Positions 24,232 to 37,485 of a DNA stretch of 64,000 nucleotides are shown one piece after another (the first letter of the stretch is position 1; every line of letters starts with the position of its first letter). The DNA comes from Dendrobates tinctorius (taxonomy: Eukaryota). The stretch is from NCBI RefSeq assembly GCF_039654945.1, contig NW_027361807.1:496001-560000 (forward strand). Direction: 5' to 3'. The notes below the pieces were generated by a model that was not told the origin of the DNA, made no database searches, and saw nothing but the letters and a program-made list of their open reading frames with translations. The position numbers and the translations under genes are program-made.

Positions 24232-25890
24232 AGTGACAGAGCCAATTTGGTACTTAATGACCAAGCCAATTTTTACAATTCTGACCATTGTCACTTTATG
24301 AGGTTATAGCTTTGGAACACTTTAACGTATTCCACTGATTCTGAGAATGTTTTTAGTGACATATTGTAATTCATATCAGTGGCAAAATTTGTTTGATATA
24401 ACTTATGAAAAAAATGGAAATTTGGCAAAAAATTTAGAAAAGTTTGCAATTTTCAAACTTTTAATTTTTGTATACTTAAATCAGAGAGTGGTGTCACACA
24501 AAATAGTTAATAAATAACATTTTCCACATGTGTACTTTACATCAGCACAATTTTGGAAACATAATTTTTTTTGTAAGGACGTTATAAGGGTTAAAAGTTG
24601 ACCAGCGATTTTTTTTTTCCAACAAAATTTACAAAACCATTTTTTTAAGGGACCACCTCACATTTGAAGTGAGTTTTGGGGGTCAATGTAACAGAAAATA
24701 CCCAAAAGTGACACTATTCTAAAAACTGCACCCCTCAAGGTGCGCAAAACCACAGTCAAGAAGTTTATTAACCCTTCACGTGCTTCACGAAAACTAAAGC
24801 AATGTGGTAGGAAAAAATGAACATTTATACTTTTTTTTCATAAAAAAAATTACTTTGGAACCATTTTTTTTATTTTCACAAGGGAATCTAGAGAAAATGG
24901 ACCACAAAGCTTGTTGTGCAATTTCACCTGAGTACGCTGATACCCGATATGTGGGTAGACCATTTTATGGTGCATGACAGGGCTCAGAAGGGAGGGAGAA
25001 CCGTTTGACTTTTTGAAAACAAAATTGGCTGGAATCAATGGTGTTTGGAGACCCCCTGATGTATCTAAACAGTGGAAACCCCCCCAAATCTAACTCCAAC
25101 CCTAACCCCAACACACCCCTAACCCTTATTCCAACCCTAACCATAAGCCTAACCACAAACCTATCCCTAACACACCCCTAACCCTATCCCCAACCCTAAC
25201 CCTAATCCCAACCCTAACCGTAATCCCAACCCTAGCTTCAATCATAATCCTAGTCCCAACCCTAACCCTAACTTTAGCCCCAACCCTAACCCTAACTTTA
25301 GCTCCAGCCATAACCCTAACTTTAGCCCCAACCCTGACCCTAACAGCCCAACTTACTTTAGCCCAACTCATTTAAACCCAACTCTAACCCTAATGGGAAA
25401 ATGGAAATAAATACATTTTTTATTTTATTATTTTCCCTAAATAAGGGAGGTTTGAATTACTATTTTTTTTATTTTGATCACTGTGATAGTGTCTATCACA
25501 ATGATCAAAATGGACCAATAGGAAAAATTTCCTATTGTTGCCGGGTGCTGGCCAGCACATCTCTGCGGGCACACTGCGCATGCACCCCCCATTTTCTCCC
25601 AGAAGAAGACGCCAGCGACCCAGAAGATTTCACGGGGGGTTGCAGGGACAACGGACGTACGGGAGGAGATCGGGGGACCCTATTTCTCTCTCCTCTGATG
25701 TGCGATCACATCAGAGGAGAGAGAAATTAAATGGAAAATCGGACTTTTTTTTGTGATCGCCGTTATGCCGTTACTAACGGCAGCCGCAACCCCGGGGTCA
25801 GTAAAAACCAACTTGAATCATGTTGTCTGGGGTCTCAGCTATCCCTGGTAGCTGAGATTCAGGAGAAATTCTGACTCTGGGGGGTGTTAT
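24232..25890. mobile_element. Truncated non-autonomous element related to the TTAA-flanked element at 50458-52896
   Basis: 24250-25150 is collinear with 50490-51330 and 52080-52180; termini not visible. Confidence 0.75.
25091..25393 (+). repeat. Degenerate telomere-like (CCCTAA)n tract
   Basis: Numerous AACCCT/CCCTAA hexamers with variants. Confidence 0.85.
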
Positions 25891-26859
25891 ACTTTGATTC
25901 CTAGTAGTCAATGGTATATTACCTAAAATATTGTACAGAGTGAGCAGCTCCTGGTGAAGATCCAGAGGGGTGTGTGTGCCCGCCTCAATGCAAATTAGTT
26001 TATATGGGGCTGTATTATGGACTTTTTGAAAGTCTAATAAATGTTATGTGTGGTCTATGCCCAGTGGGTTTCTATACATTGTGCAGTTTTAATGTTGTCC
26101 TATGATATGGGATATATTGATTAAATGTGTATACTGTTGATGAATAGATTTTTTTTATTTTCTCCATATTGCTTCCTGTTGGGGTATTCATGTGGGGTGG
26201 GTGTGCCCCTTTGTAACAGCATATATGCACAATTATGTGTGATTTTTATGTCGCTTCCCATTGTCTACTTGTCAATTTTTAATACTTTTTCAAATAATAA
26301 AGATTGAATGTTTTAAATTTTGGACTAGTACATCATTGTTTCCTTTGGTAACTGTTTATGTGTCTAGTTTAATGTGTCCATATAAGTCAAACACTTCACA
26401 TGAGGTCCATATGAAACAAGGTGGCACGGGGAGGTAGCTATGGCCGAGTCACTTAACGCTACAGTCCACGAACAGAGTCCACTGAGCAAACAGTCAACGA
26501 GCCCCGTGCACATAAAATAGACAGGACAGATGCACCTCAGACAATTTACCTATTCTCCACAGTCACTGCAATCAGGATCCAGGAACACCATTAAAATCCA
26601 CAGGGATAACAGTTTATTGTAGAGGCAATAAAAGTAGAAAACCGTGGAAAAAGGTAGTTACAATTATTCAGGTAAACTTCTTGCTCTTTCCCTAGTTCTT
26701 TCACTACCGTAACAGAGGTAGCAGCAATGGCGGCAGAGACAACAGACACAGAAACAGTCACAGTCCTCAAGCCGATTCCTGGATGCTTATAATCCTCGGC
26801 GGGGCACTATTCAGTCCCGATGCCCAACAGTCCTGGCAGCCAATATTCTCCCAAGCTGG

Positions 26860-27045
26860 AGATCCCTTCTGTCCCCGACGGGGATCCACTTATACCCCAA
26901 ATGGGGGTCCTCACTGTTCCAGATGGGAAAACACTTATACTCCAGATGGGAATCTCTTCTGTCCCAGACTGGGATGCACATATACCCCAGATGGGGGCTC
27001 CTTCTGTCCCAAGAGGGGACGCATCTGTGCCCCAGACGGGGACAC
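26860..27045. repeat. About four copies of a 45-bp tandem repeat
   Basis: TATAC(C/T)CC...CAGATGGG...CTGTCCC; TATAC at 26891, 26936 and 26981. Confidence 0.8.
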
Positions 27046-29151
27046 ACACTTTGCCTCAGGCCGTCTTGCCTGGGCACTGACCAGGAAGCAGGATCTTCCT
27101 CTTTCCTAGAGGCTGCTGGCTCAGCCCCCTAAATTAACCCATTCTGTCCCTGCCTCTAGTATGTGCATAACAAACACAACACCACATTAATATAATACAA
27201 GTTAATACAGTACAGAATAAAAGGGGCATCACACATTGCATCAACACATATATGAAACATTGCAAGCACAGCACATTAATATGTTATCATACAGATACAC
27301 CATTCGGGTGTCGCATAAAGTGCACAGGGCCAGCACACGGGAGAAAGGGCAGGAAATGAGGTTCTCCGCCACCTCCTTACACATATACACAGTCTTATAA
27401 TAGTTTCTGGACTTGATATCATGTGGTTTTGTTGGTTGAGTATTTTGTGTTCCGAAGGTCAAGCCGCGTAGATCCACAAGGAGTCAACGACTAGAGAGGC
27501 CACCTGTGGGATTAGGGCAACAGGTTGGGATGGGGCAATTAGTGTGAGAGGCTCAACTTGCTCTAATAGACTACATCAGAAAGATTTGCAGCCTAGCAGG
27601 AAACCTGGTGACCCTCACTAGGGACAAACGTATAAGAAGGACTTGCATGGTAAACCCTGTGAATGGGTGTACCGTCTCTTCAAGGAAAGACAACATTAGT
27701 AATATATAGAGAAGAACTTGCATTGCTATTTCAATCATGTTGTTATTTCGTTCATGTTTGATGTGCTTTGCTGTTATCACTAATTGTTTAGAATTACTGT
27801 AAATTACTATTTTATTTAAACCCAATTATACCGTTTGATGACTGTTACTGCCTCATGTTGCTCCAATGGTATGTCTGTTATTTATAAAACTCAAGGAAAA
27901 TGGCAAAATAGTCTGTTCTGACAGCATGTGGGCGCATTTACAATATCTCTGGAAATGAATCTAACCATACAAGTCAAGCTTTTTAGTTTTCTAATATTTG
28001 ACCATATTATTATCTACCATTGTGTAGGATGGTTCTTTTCTCCTAGATATGATTTTACAGATGTATTTATAGACATTTTATAAATCAATTTCTACTTACC
28101 ACATTGATTCAAGATCTGATGCATTATCAGATTAACTTTCTATATGGATTCTTTTAAATGTTTTATAGATTTATTTGAATTCAGTGTATAATTCCTTTTA
28201 TTTATCTTATTCAGTGATATTTTTAAAATTGATTGTTGAGTACTATGAGATTATAGAAATAGGGAGATTTGGTTATTGATATGCTATTGGTTATAATTAT
28301 TTATTATCGACAATAAATATCATCTGCAAATGTTCGGTTTAAGGCCCCATACACACTACTGTATATTCAAATTGACTGAATCAGCAGATTTCTATGGAAT
28401 TGGCCCATCATTTATTATTTTATGGAAATCTCCAAACTGTCCCAATGGATGAATTTCAATTGCCCAATCCTTTTGTTTAGTTGGGACATAACTTGCTGCC
28501 ACATGATTTTGGCAGCAGCTTTCTCATAGAAAACACAAGAAAGCTTGGCTGAACGTTCCTGTGGACGGGGAACGTGTAACAAGAAAAGGTAGAGGGAATC
28601 TAGTCGGGATCTACCTGTCACATACCATATGAGAATCAAGAGAAAATAAAAAAAGGAAATATGCAAAGACAAGGATCACCTAAATATAATAAATATTTAT
28701 TAGCACACAAGACATTTAAAAACACTTAGAAAAGCACAAAGAGCCGTAACAATATTACAGACAGCAAAACTATAGTGTTAGAATCTAATTCATCTGTCTA
28801 CAAGATAATACATAAGGAACCAATGGAATATATGCCATAATACTATAATTAATGCATGATAATGTCAAAAAGCACCAAATAAGCTGAAATCTGTGTTTCA
28901 AGCCCTCCAAAAGAGAAGCAGAAATAAACTAAAGTGCACCAGAAATTACAATTTTAAACATCCCATAAAATATTTTCAGAATGTAAATAAACCATTAGCC
29001 AAATTCATAATAAAGGCATAAAATTGATAATAGGCTAAGACAGACGCAGTGTATACTGATGGCACAATAGTAACTCTGTGTGCCTAATAGTGCCACTGAA
29101 AATATTAAGGCTTAAGAGGTAACCTGTTGGGATAGACAGACATGGATAGGA

Positions 29152-29199
29152 ATACCCCACGCGTATCACCATTCAGGATTGTGGCTTCTTCAGGGGTAT
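29152..29199 (-). ncRNA. Variant minimal hammerhead-like motif in an AT-rich insert (about 28620-29235)
   Basis: Minus strand AUACCC-CUGAAGA-A-GCCA-(10 nt)-UGGU-GAUA-CGCG-UG-GGGUAU. Perfect 6-bp stem I, canonical CUGANGA, stem II and palindromic ACGCGU; GAUA replaces GAAA and G occupies the cleavage position. Confidence 0.65.
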
Positions 29200-29733
29200 G
29201 AACATGTCAGCTTTAATCTCCCTTATACATTTTATACAAATTGGCTAAAACCACAGATTTCCATGGAATTGGAGGATAATCGATTGTTTTATGGAAATCT
29301 CCCAGCTGTTCCTATCGGTTGGAATTCAATTGCCCAATCCTTTTGTTTGGTTGGGACATAAAATGCTGCCAGATTCTTTTGGTAGCAGCTCTCACAGAGA
29401 CCACAAGAACATTTGGTTAGGCATTCCTGTGGACAGGGGAGTCAGGAGAAATGGTTATCAGTCGAAGGATCCTTAGGCTAAGGGCTCGCTCACACTAGCA
29501 TATAAATCAGACGAGTGAAAATCATATTGCTTTCGGACCAATGTTATTCAATCAGGCATTGCAGATCTGTGTATTTTTTTTCTGCTGTATTTGAAATCGG
29601 TACAGCGGGAGAAAAAGGGAATGCATTCCACACGGACCATCAGTATACGGACCATCAGTTTGGCATCCAAGTTTTACAGATACATTACAATTCTGTAGCA
29701 TAGGAATCTATAAATTGTCCTGTAAAAGATTAA

Positions 29734-30100
29734 GGGTATGTGCACATGTTGCAGATTTGCCCCTGCGGATCCGCTGCAGATCTGCAAGTGCTTCAGAGTA
29801 CAATGTTATTCTATGGGGAAAAAAACGCTGTGCACATGCTGCGGAAAAATCCTCGCGGAAACACAGTGGGTTATTTTCCGCAGCATGTCAATTTATTGTG
29901 CGGATTCCACAGCATTTTTACACCCATTCCATTATAGGAATCTGCAGGTGTAAAAATGCATCCCAAATCCACACAAAATCCGCAATAAATCCGCAGGAAA
30001 TCATAAAAAACATGCAGATTTTGACCTGCGGATTCTGCCGAAAGATGCAGATTCCATGCGGAAAAGTCCGCACAGCAATCCGCAACGTATGCACATCCCC
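29734..30100. mobile_element. PIF/Harbinger-type MITE nested in another MITE (outer one starts about 29480)
   Basis: TIR GGGTATGTGCACATGTTGC / GCAACGTATGCACATCCCC preceded by TAA; repeated TGCGGA/TCCGCA. Confidence 0.8.
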
Positions 30101-30212
30101 TACGGACAGCATATGGATGACAACTGAAAAAAAAATCATCCCACTCTCCTGAAAGAGAAAGGGACTGATTTTTTTTATTTGATACAGTAGTATGAGTTAA
30201 CCCTGAAAGTTA

Positions 30213-31847
<1,635 letters not shown>

Positions 31848-32158
31848 TATCTAATGTGTATGGTCAGCTTAAATGTGTTTTTTTGGACTTTGTGTTTTTG
31901 GTATACCACTGCAAATGTTTATTTAGCTGTTTAGAAACATGCATAAGTGGTTTAATAATACAGTATATGTTTGAAGGAAATTTGAATACAAAAGTTCTCA
32001 TATTTAAGAAGGAACTTGGAGAGTCAGCTCATTTGATTTCTGTTGATTTCTGTGCGGCCTATTATGTTAAATGGAAGGCTATGTGGGGCCTATTATGTTA
32101 AATGGAAGGCTATGTGGTGTCATTTTATTATGTGGAAAGGTATGTGGAGTCCAATTAA

Positions 32159-32613
32159 GGCTAGTTTCACACTAGCGCTTTGGAGCGCAGCGACGGCCTG
32201 CGCACGGCCGCCGCTAAGCCCCGCCCCCTGCCGCGCCTCCGCCGGTAGCTCCGCCTACCGGCGCATGACGCTGCATGCATCCTGCGTCCCCTATCTTTAT
32301 CACGGGGGGCGCAGGCCATGCGCAATATGCATTTGGCGGCGCATGCGCCTTTTTGACGGTGCGCCGAGCGCAACCAAACTGCAGCAGGTTGCGTTTGGCG
32401 CAGGTCGGCGCACCGTTAAAAGGACACATGCGCCGCCAAACGCATACTGCGCACGGCCTGCGCCCCCCGTGATAAAGATAGGGGACGCAGGATGCATGCA
32501 GCGTCATGCGCCCGTAGGCGGAGCTATCGGAGGAGGCGCGGCAGGGGGCAGGGCTTAGCGGCGGCCGTGCGCAGGCCGTCGCTGTGCTCCAAAGCGCTAG
32601 TGTGAAACTAGCC
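32159..32613. mobile_element. GC-rich, almost fully palindromic Harbinger-type MITE
   Basis: GGCTAGTTTCACACTAGCGCTTTGGAGC ... GCTCCAAAGCGCTAGTGTGAAACTAGCC; the two halves are near reverse complements; TAA on the left. Confidence 0.92.
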
Positions 32614-32715
32614 ATACAGTTGTGCACAAAAAATTACATACCCCAGCAGAATTTGTGCTTTCTTGGCCTTTTTTTTTCAGAGAATATGAATGATAACACC
32701 AAAACTTTTTCTCCA

Positions 32716-32760
32716 CTCCCCTTGATGAAGGCCATTTAGCCGAAACGTGCGTCAGGGAGG
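32716..32760 (+). ncRNA. Minimal hammerhead-like ribozyme motif
   Basis: CUCCCC-UUGAUGA-A-GGC-CAUUUA-GCC-GAAA-CGUGCG-UC-AGGGAG. (U)UGAUGA box, stem II, GAAA, near-palindromic stem III, GUC triplet, stem I. Confidence 0.75.
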
Positions 32761-33413
32761 GTACACCTTGGTGGACTTCTACTATTGACCAGTCTAAAGG
32801 TAATACTATGCGGTGAACCTATTATGGTGTGATTATTGTTTTTTGTGTTCATCGCTATTGGTGGCTGGTTCCACTATTTGTGATGACTACTTTTGTGCTT
32901 CAACTTTGCACAACATAACTGGTTGCTCTATATTAATATGGGACAAATGTTGAATATTTTATTCCTATACTATGTATTGATAAAATTATTGGTATCCCTA
33001 TGTCCATGTACCGATGTTGTACCCCATTTCTGCCCATGTGCTATTTATGGTCATTATTGACTCTTACTCCACCTTTCCCTTTATTCCTGTTATATTCTAA
33101 TAAAATCATTTTGTAATTTTGTAAAAATTGCAGTGTTGGACTTTTTTCGCGGTTCTTTTCTTACATATTTCTTATATATATATTTGCGATTGTCCTATTA
33201 TGTCCACAGTAAAACCCATTTTTGTAGTGATACACTTGTATGTCATTTCTTGATTTATATAAATGGGGTGTTTTTTCATGAAACTATTATGACTCATGGT
33301 TAGTGGTTGGGTGAAGCCATTTACTGTCAAACGACTGTGTTTTCTTTTTTTAAATCATAATGACAACCAAAACATCCAAATGACCCTGATCAAAAGTTCA
33401 TATACCCGATTTC

Positions 33414-34435
33414 TTAATACCGTGTATTGCCCCTTCTAACATCAATGACAGCTTGAAGTATTTTGTGATAGTTGTGTTTGAGGTTCTTTATTTTCTCAGA
33501 TGGTAAAGCTGCCCACTCTTCTTGGCAAAATTTCCAGTTCCTGTAAATTCCTAAGCTGTCTAGCAGGAACTGCGCGCTTGAGATCTCCCCAGAGTGGCTC
33601 AATGATATTGAGGTCAGGAGACTGAGATGGCCACTCCAGAACCTTCACTTTGTTCTGCTGTAGCCAATGACAGGTCGACTTGGCCTTGTGTTTTGAATTG
33701 TTGTTATGTTGGAACGTAGAAGTACGTCCCATACACGCTTCTGATTTGATGAGTGCAAATTTGCCTCCAGTATTTGCTAATAATGTGCTACATTCTTCTT
33801 TCCTTCAACTTTGACCAAGTTTCCTGTGCCTTTGTAGCTCACACATCCCTAAAACATCAGCGATCCACCTCTGTGCTTTTCAATAGGAATAGTGTTCCTT
33901 TCATCATAGGTCTTGTTGACCTCTCTCCAAATGTAACGTTTATAGTTGTGGCCAAAAAGTTCAATTTTAGTCTTATCATTCCAAATTCCTTTGTTCCAGA
34001 AGTTTTCAAGTCTTGTCCCTGTGCTGTTTTGCGCATTGTAGACAAGATACGTTGTGACATTTGCGCAGTAATGGCTTTCTTCTGGTGACTCAACCATGCA
34101 GCCAATTTTTCTTCAAGGTGCCTCCTTATTGTGCATCTTGAAGCAGCCACACCACCAGTTTTCAGAGAGTCCAATATTTCTGCTGATGTTATTTGTGGGT
34201 TTTTCGTTGCATCCCGAACAATTTTCCTGGCAGTTGTGGATGAAATTTTTGTTGATCTACCTGACCATGGTTTTGTTTTGACAGAGCCCCTGATTTTCTA
34301 TTTCTTAATCACAGTTTGAATGCTGCTGACTGGCATAATCAATTCATTGGGTATCTTTTTGTATCCCTTTCCTGTTTTATACAGTTCAACTACCTTTTCC
34401 CGTAGATCCGTTGACAATTCTTTTACTTTCCCCAT
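33414..34435 (-). pseudogene. Tc1 transposase pseudogene
   Basis: MGKVKELSTDLREKVV...GKGYKKI; IWNDKTKIELFG; FQHNNNSKH (second D lost); [15 protein letters not shown]; several frameshifts and stops. Confidence 0.9.
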
Positions 34436-34929
34436 GACTCACAATACAGAAATGTCAGTGGCTGGATGAAAGATGCAAGAGTCTGTCTGGATCCCAGAAA
34501 CTCACTCAGCTTTTATGCACACACACTGATTACAAGCAAACAGGTAAAGGGGAGTATGTTACCTTTAGTAGCCATTCAAACCCATTTGTGTTAACTTCCG
34601 TGCATGTTATCAGGCAAAAATCACTAGGGTATGTGATCTTTTGATCAGGCTCATTTGAATGTTTTGCGTTGTCCTTATGATTTAAAAAGAGAAATCACAG
34701 TAGTTTGACAATAAATGGCTTCACCAAACAACTAACCACGAGTTTAGAAAAGTTTTGGTGCTATCATTCATCTTCTCTGAAAAAAGGCCAAGAAAACAAA
34801 AATTCTGCCAGAGTATGCAAACTTTTGAGCACAACTGTATTAAAAGGAAGGCTGTTTTTGGCCCATTATGCTATATTGAAGGCTATCTGTGGGGCATTGT
34901 ACTGTTTTGAGGGATATGTTGGCTATATC

Positions 34930-36886
34930 CTTAATTGGGAAACCAGGATGGATGAACACAGAACTTAAACACATGCTAAAAAGGAAGAAAGAATGGTTTT
35001 TAAAATGGAAAGAGGGAGGCATATCTAAAGAAGAATATAATGCTGTCTGCAGAACTTGCGGGGCACAAATCAGATTAACTAAAGCTGACAATGAATTGAG
35101 GCTTGCAAGAGACGTCAAAAGCAATAATAAAGGATTTTGGGGATATGTAAAAAGTAAAAGAAAAGTCAAAGATGATATAGGATTTTTACAGGATGAAAAT
35201 GATGAAATGGTAAGACAGGATATTGAGAATGCCAAACTTTTAAATTCCTATTTTGCATCTGTTTTCTCTCAGAAAGGAAATCTAACATCAACTGTTCTTC
35301 AATGTCCTATTAAGGGAATAGAAGAATCCAGTATATCTATAAACAGAAATATAGTAAGGAAACATTTAGCTAACCTAAATGAATTTAAGTCTCCAGGTCC
35401 AGATGAATTACACCCCAGAGTACTGAAGGAGACAGCAAAAGAAATTTTTGAACCCCTCTCCCTAATCTTTGAAAATTCTTGGAGAACAGGAGAAGTCCCT
35501 GAAGACTGGAGAAGAGCAAATGTTGTTCCTATCTTCAAAAAGGTGAAGAAGGTGGACCCAGGGAACTATAGGCTGGTGAGTTTGACTTCTATACCAGGAA
35601 ATATATTTGAACAAATCATTAAACAACATGTATGTAAGTACCTGGATAAGAATGAAGTGATTAAACAGAGTCAGCATGGATTTGTAACTAATAAGTTATG
35701 TCAGACTAACTTAATTTCCTTCTATGACAGAATCACTGATTGGGTGGATCAGGGAAATGCTGTAGATATAGTATATCTTGACTTCAGTAAAGCATTTGAC
35801 AAAGTATCTCACACAATCCTTATTGAAAAAAATGGCTAAGTATGGAATGGACAAGGCAACTGTTAGGTGGATTCATAACTGGCTTAGTGATCGAACCCAA
35901 AGAGTGGTCGTAAATTGCTGCATATCCAGTTGGAAGAATGTCTCAAGTGGGGTACCACAGGGCTCTGTCCTGGGCCCTGTAATGTTCAACATCTTTATCA
36001 ACGATTTAGATGAAGGAATTGAGGGTAAACTGATTAAATTTGCTGATGACACAAAGGTAGGAGGGATAAAAGATATAATTAAACTGGAGCAGTGGGCAGC
36101 AACTAACAGAATGGTTTTTAACAGGGAAAAATGCAAAGTACTACATCTGGGCAATAAAATTGAAAAAAGCATATACAGAATGGGAGGAATAGGGCTAAGC
36201 AACAGCACATGTGAAAAAGACTTGGGTATACTAATAGATCACAGACTGAATATGAGTCAACAGTGTGATTTAGCAGCAAAAAAGGCAAATGCAATTCTAG
36301 GATGTATTAACAGAAGCATACAGTCTAGATCACATGAAGTCATTATTGCCCTCTACTCCTCTTTGGTCAGACCTCATCTGGAATACTGTGTCCAGTTTTG
36401 GGCACCACATTTTAAAAAAGACATCAACAAACTGGAGCAAGTTCAGAAAAGAGCGACCAGAATGGTGACTGGTCTGCATACCCTGTCTTATGAGGAAAGG
36501 TTGCAGGATTTGGGAATGTTTAGCTTGCAGAAGACAAGACTGAGAGGAGACTTAATAGCTGTCTACAAATATCTCAAGGGCTGTCACATTTTAGAAGGAT
36601 GATCTTTATTCTCATTTGCACAAGGAAAGACTAGAAGCAATGGGGTGAAACTGAATGGGAGTAGACACAGATTAGATATTAGAAAAAACTTTTTGACAGT
36701 TAGAGTGATCAATGAGTGGAACAGGCTGCCACGAGAGGTGGTGAGTTCTCCTTCAACAGAAGTCTTCAAACAGAGGCTGGACAGACATCTATCTGGGATG
36801 ATTTAGCGAATCCTGCTTTTGAGCAGGGGGTTGGACCAGATGGCCCAGGAGGTCCCTTCCAACTCTACGATTCTATGATTCTATGA
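34930..36886 (+). mobile_element. 5'-truncated CR1 LINE with reverse transcriptase domain (frameshifted ORF2)
   Basis: KSPGPDELHP, ANVVPIFKK, NYRLVSLTS, QHGF, YLDFSKAFDKV, GVPQGSVLGP, FADDTK; frameshift in an A-run near 35830; (ATTCTATG)n tail. Confidence 0.97.
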
Positions 36887-37485
36887 TAATACTGTTTGGA
36901 AGGCTATGTGAGGGCCAATATTCCATTTGAAGGGCTATGTGGGTGCCATTATACTTTTTAGTGTATTAAACAGATTGGAGCGCTATTTGGGGGCTATTAT
37001 ATTGTTTGGACGACTATGTAGGGGCCATTATACTTTTTGGAGAGCTATGTGGGGGCCATTATACTGTTTGGAGGGCTATGTGGGAACCATTATACAGTGC
37101 GGATGATTGCTTGAGGTCCATCATATTGTGCAGGGATCATCATAATGTGTGGAGGGCTGTGTTGGGGTCACAGTTGGGGCATCATACTGTGTTGGGGTCA
37201 CAATACTTTGCCAGGTGAGTACAGTAGGGTCATCATTCTGTGCATCTGGATAGTGCCATGTAGGAATTCACTGTGTGGGTATCATACTGTGTTTTTGGGA
37301 AATGAGAATCTAGGGCTTCAATAGGAGGAAAATTACTTTGTGAGGGCTGCAAAGTTGTGAGATATGCTCTTCTGTGCGCCACCAAATATTTTCTTTTTTT
37401 ATCTTGTGGTGTGATTACAACTTCTGCTATGGGGCACCAAGATTTCTAGGTATGTCCTGGGTCATAGACAAAGGTAACATGACCC

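Larger units (their letters stand above)
32617..34837 (-). mobile_element. Second Tc1-like transposon; left TIR interrupted by a hammerhead-bearing insert
   Basis: TA-CAGTTGTGC...GCACAACTG-TA; long TIRs; degraded transposase inside. Confidence 0.93.
32045..37270. repeat. ~31-bp minisatellite (GGAAGGCTATGTGGGGCCATTAT...) broken into three pieces (32045-32155, 34840-34925, 36890-37270) by insertions
   Basis: The same unit is present on each side of the MITE, Tc1 and CR1 inserts. Confidence 0.75.

Noticed and set aside
25091-25393. True telomere or chromosome-fusion site
   Set aside because: Degenerate, single orientation and embedded in a dispersed element seen twice in the window.
25945-25985. 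CCTGGTGAAGATC as a seventh hammerhead in an AT-rich block
   Set aside because: No GAAA box or stem III follows; at best a relic.
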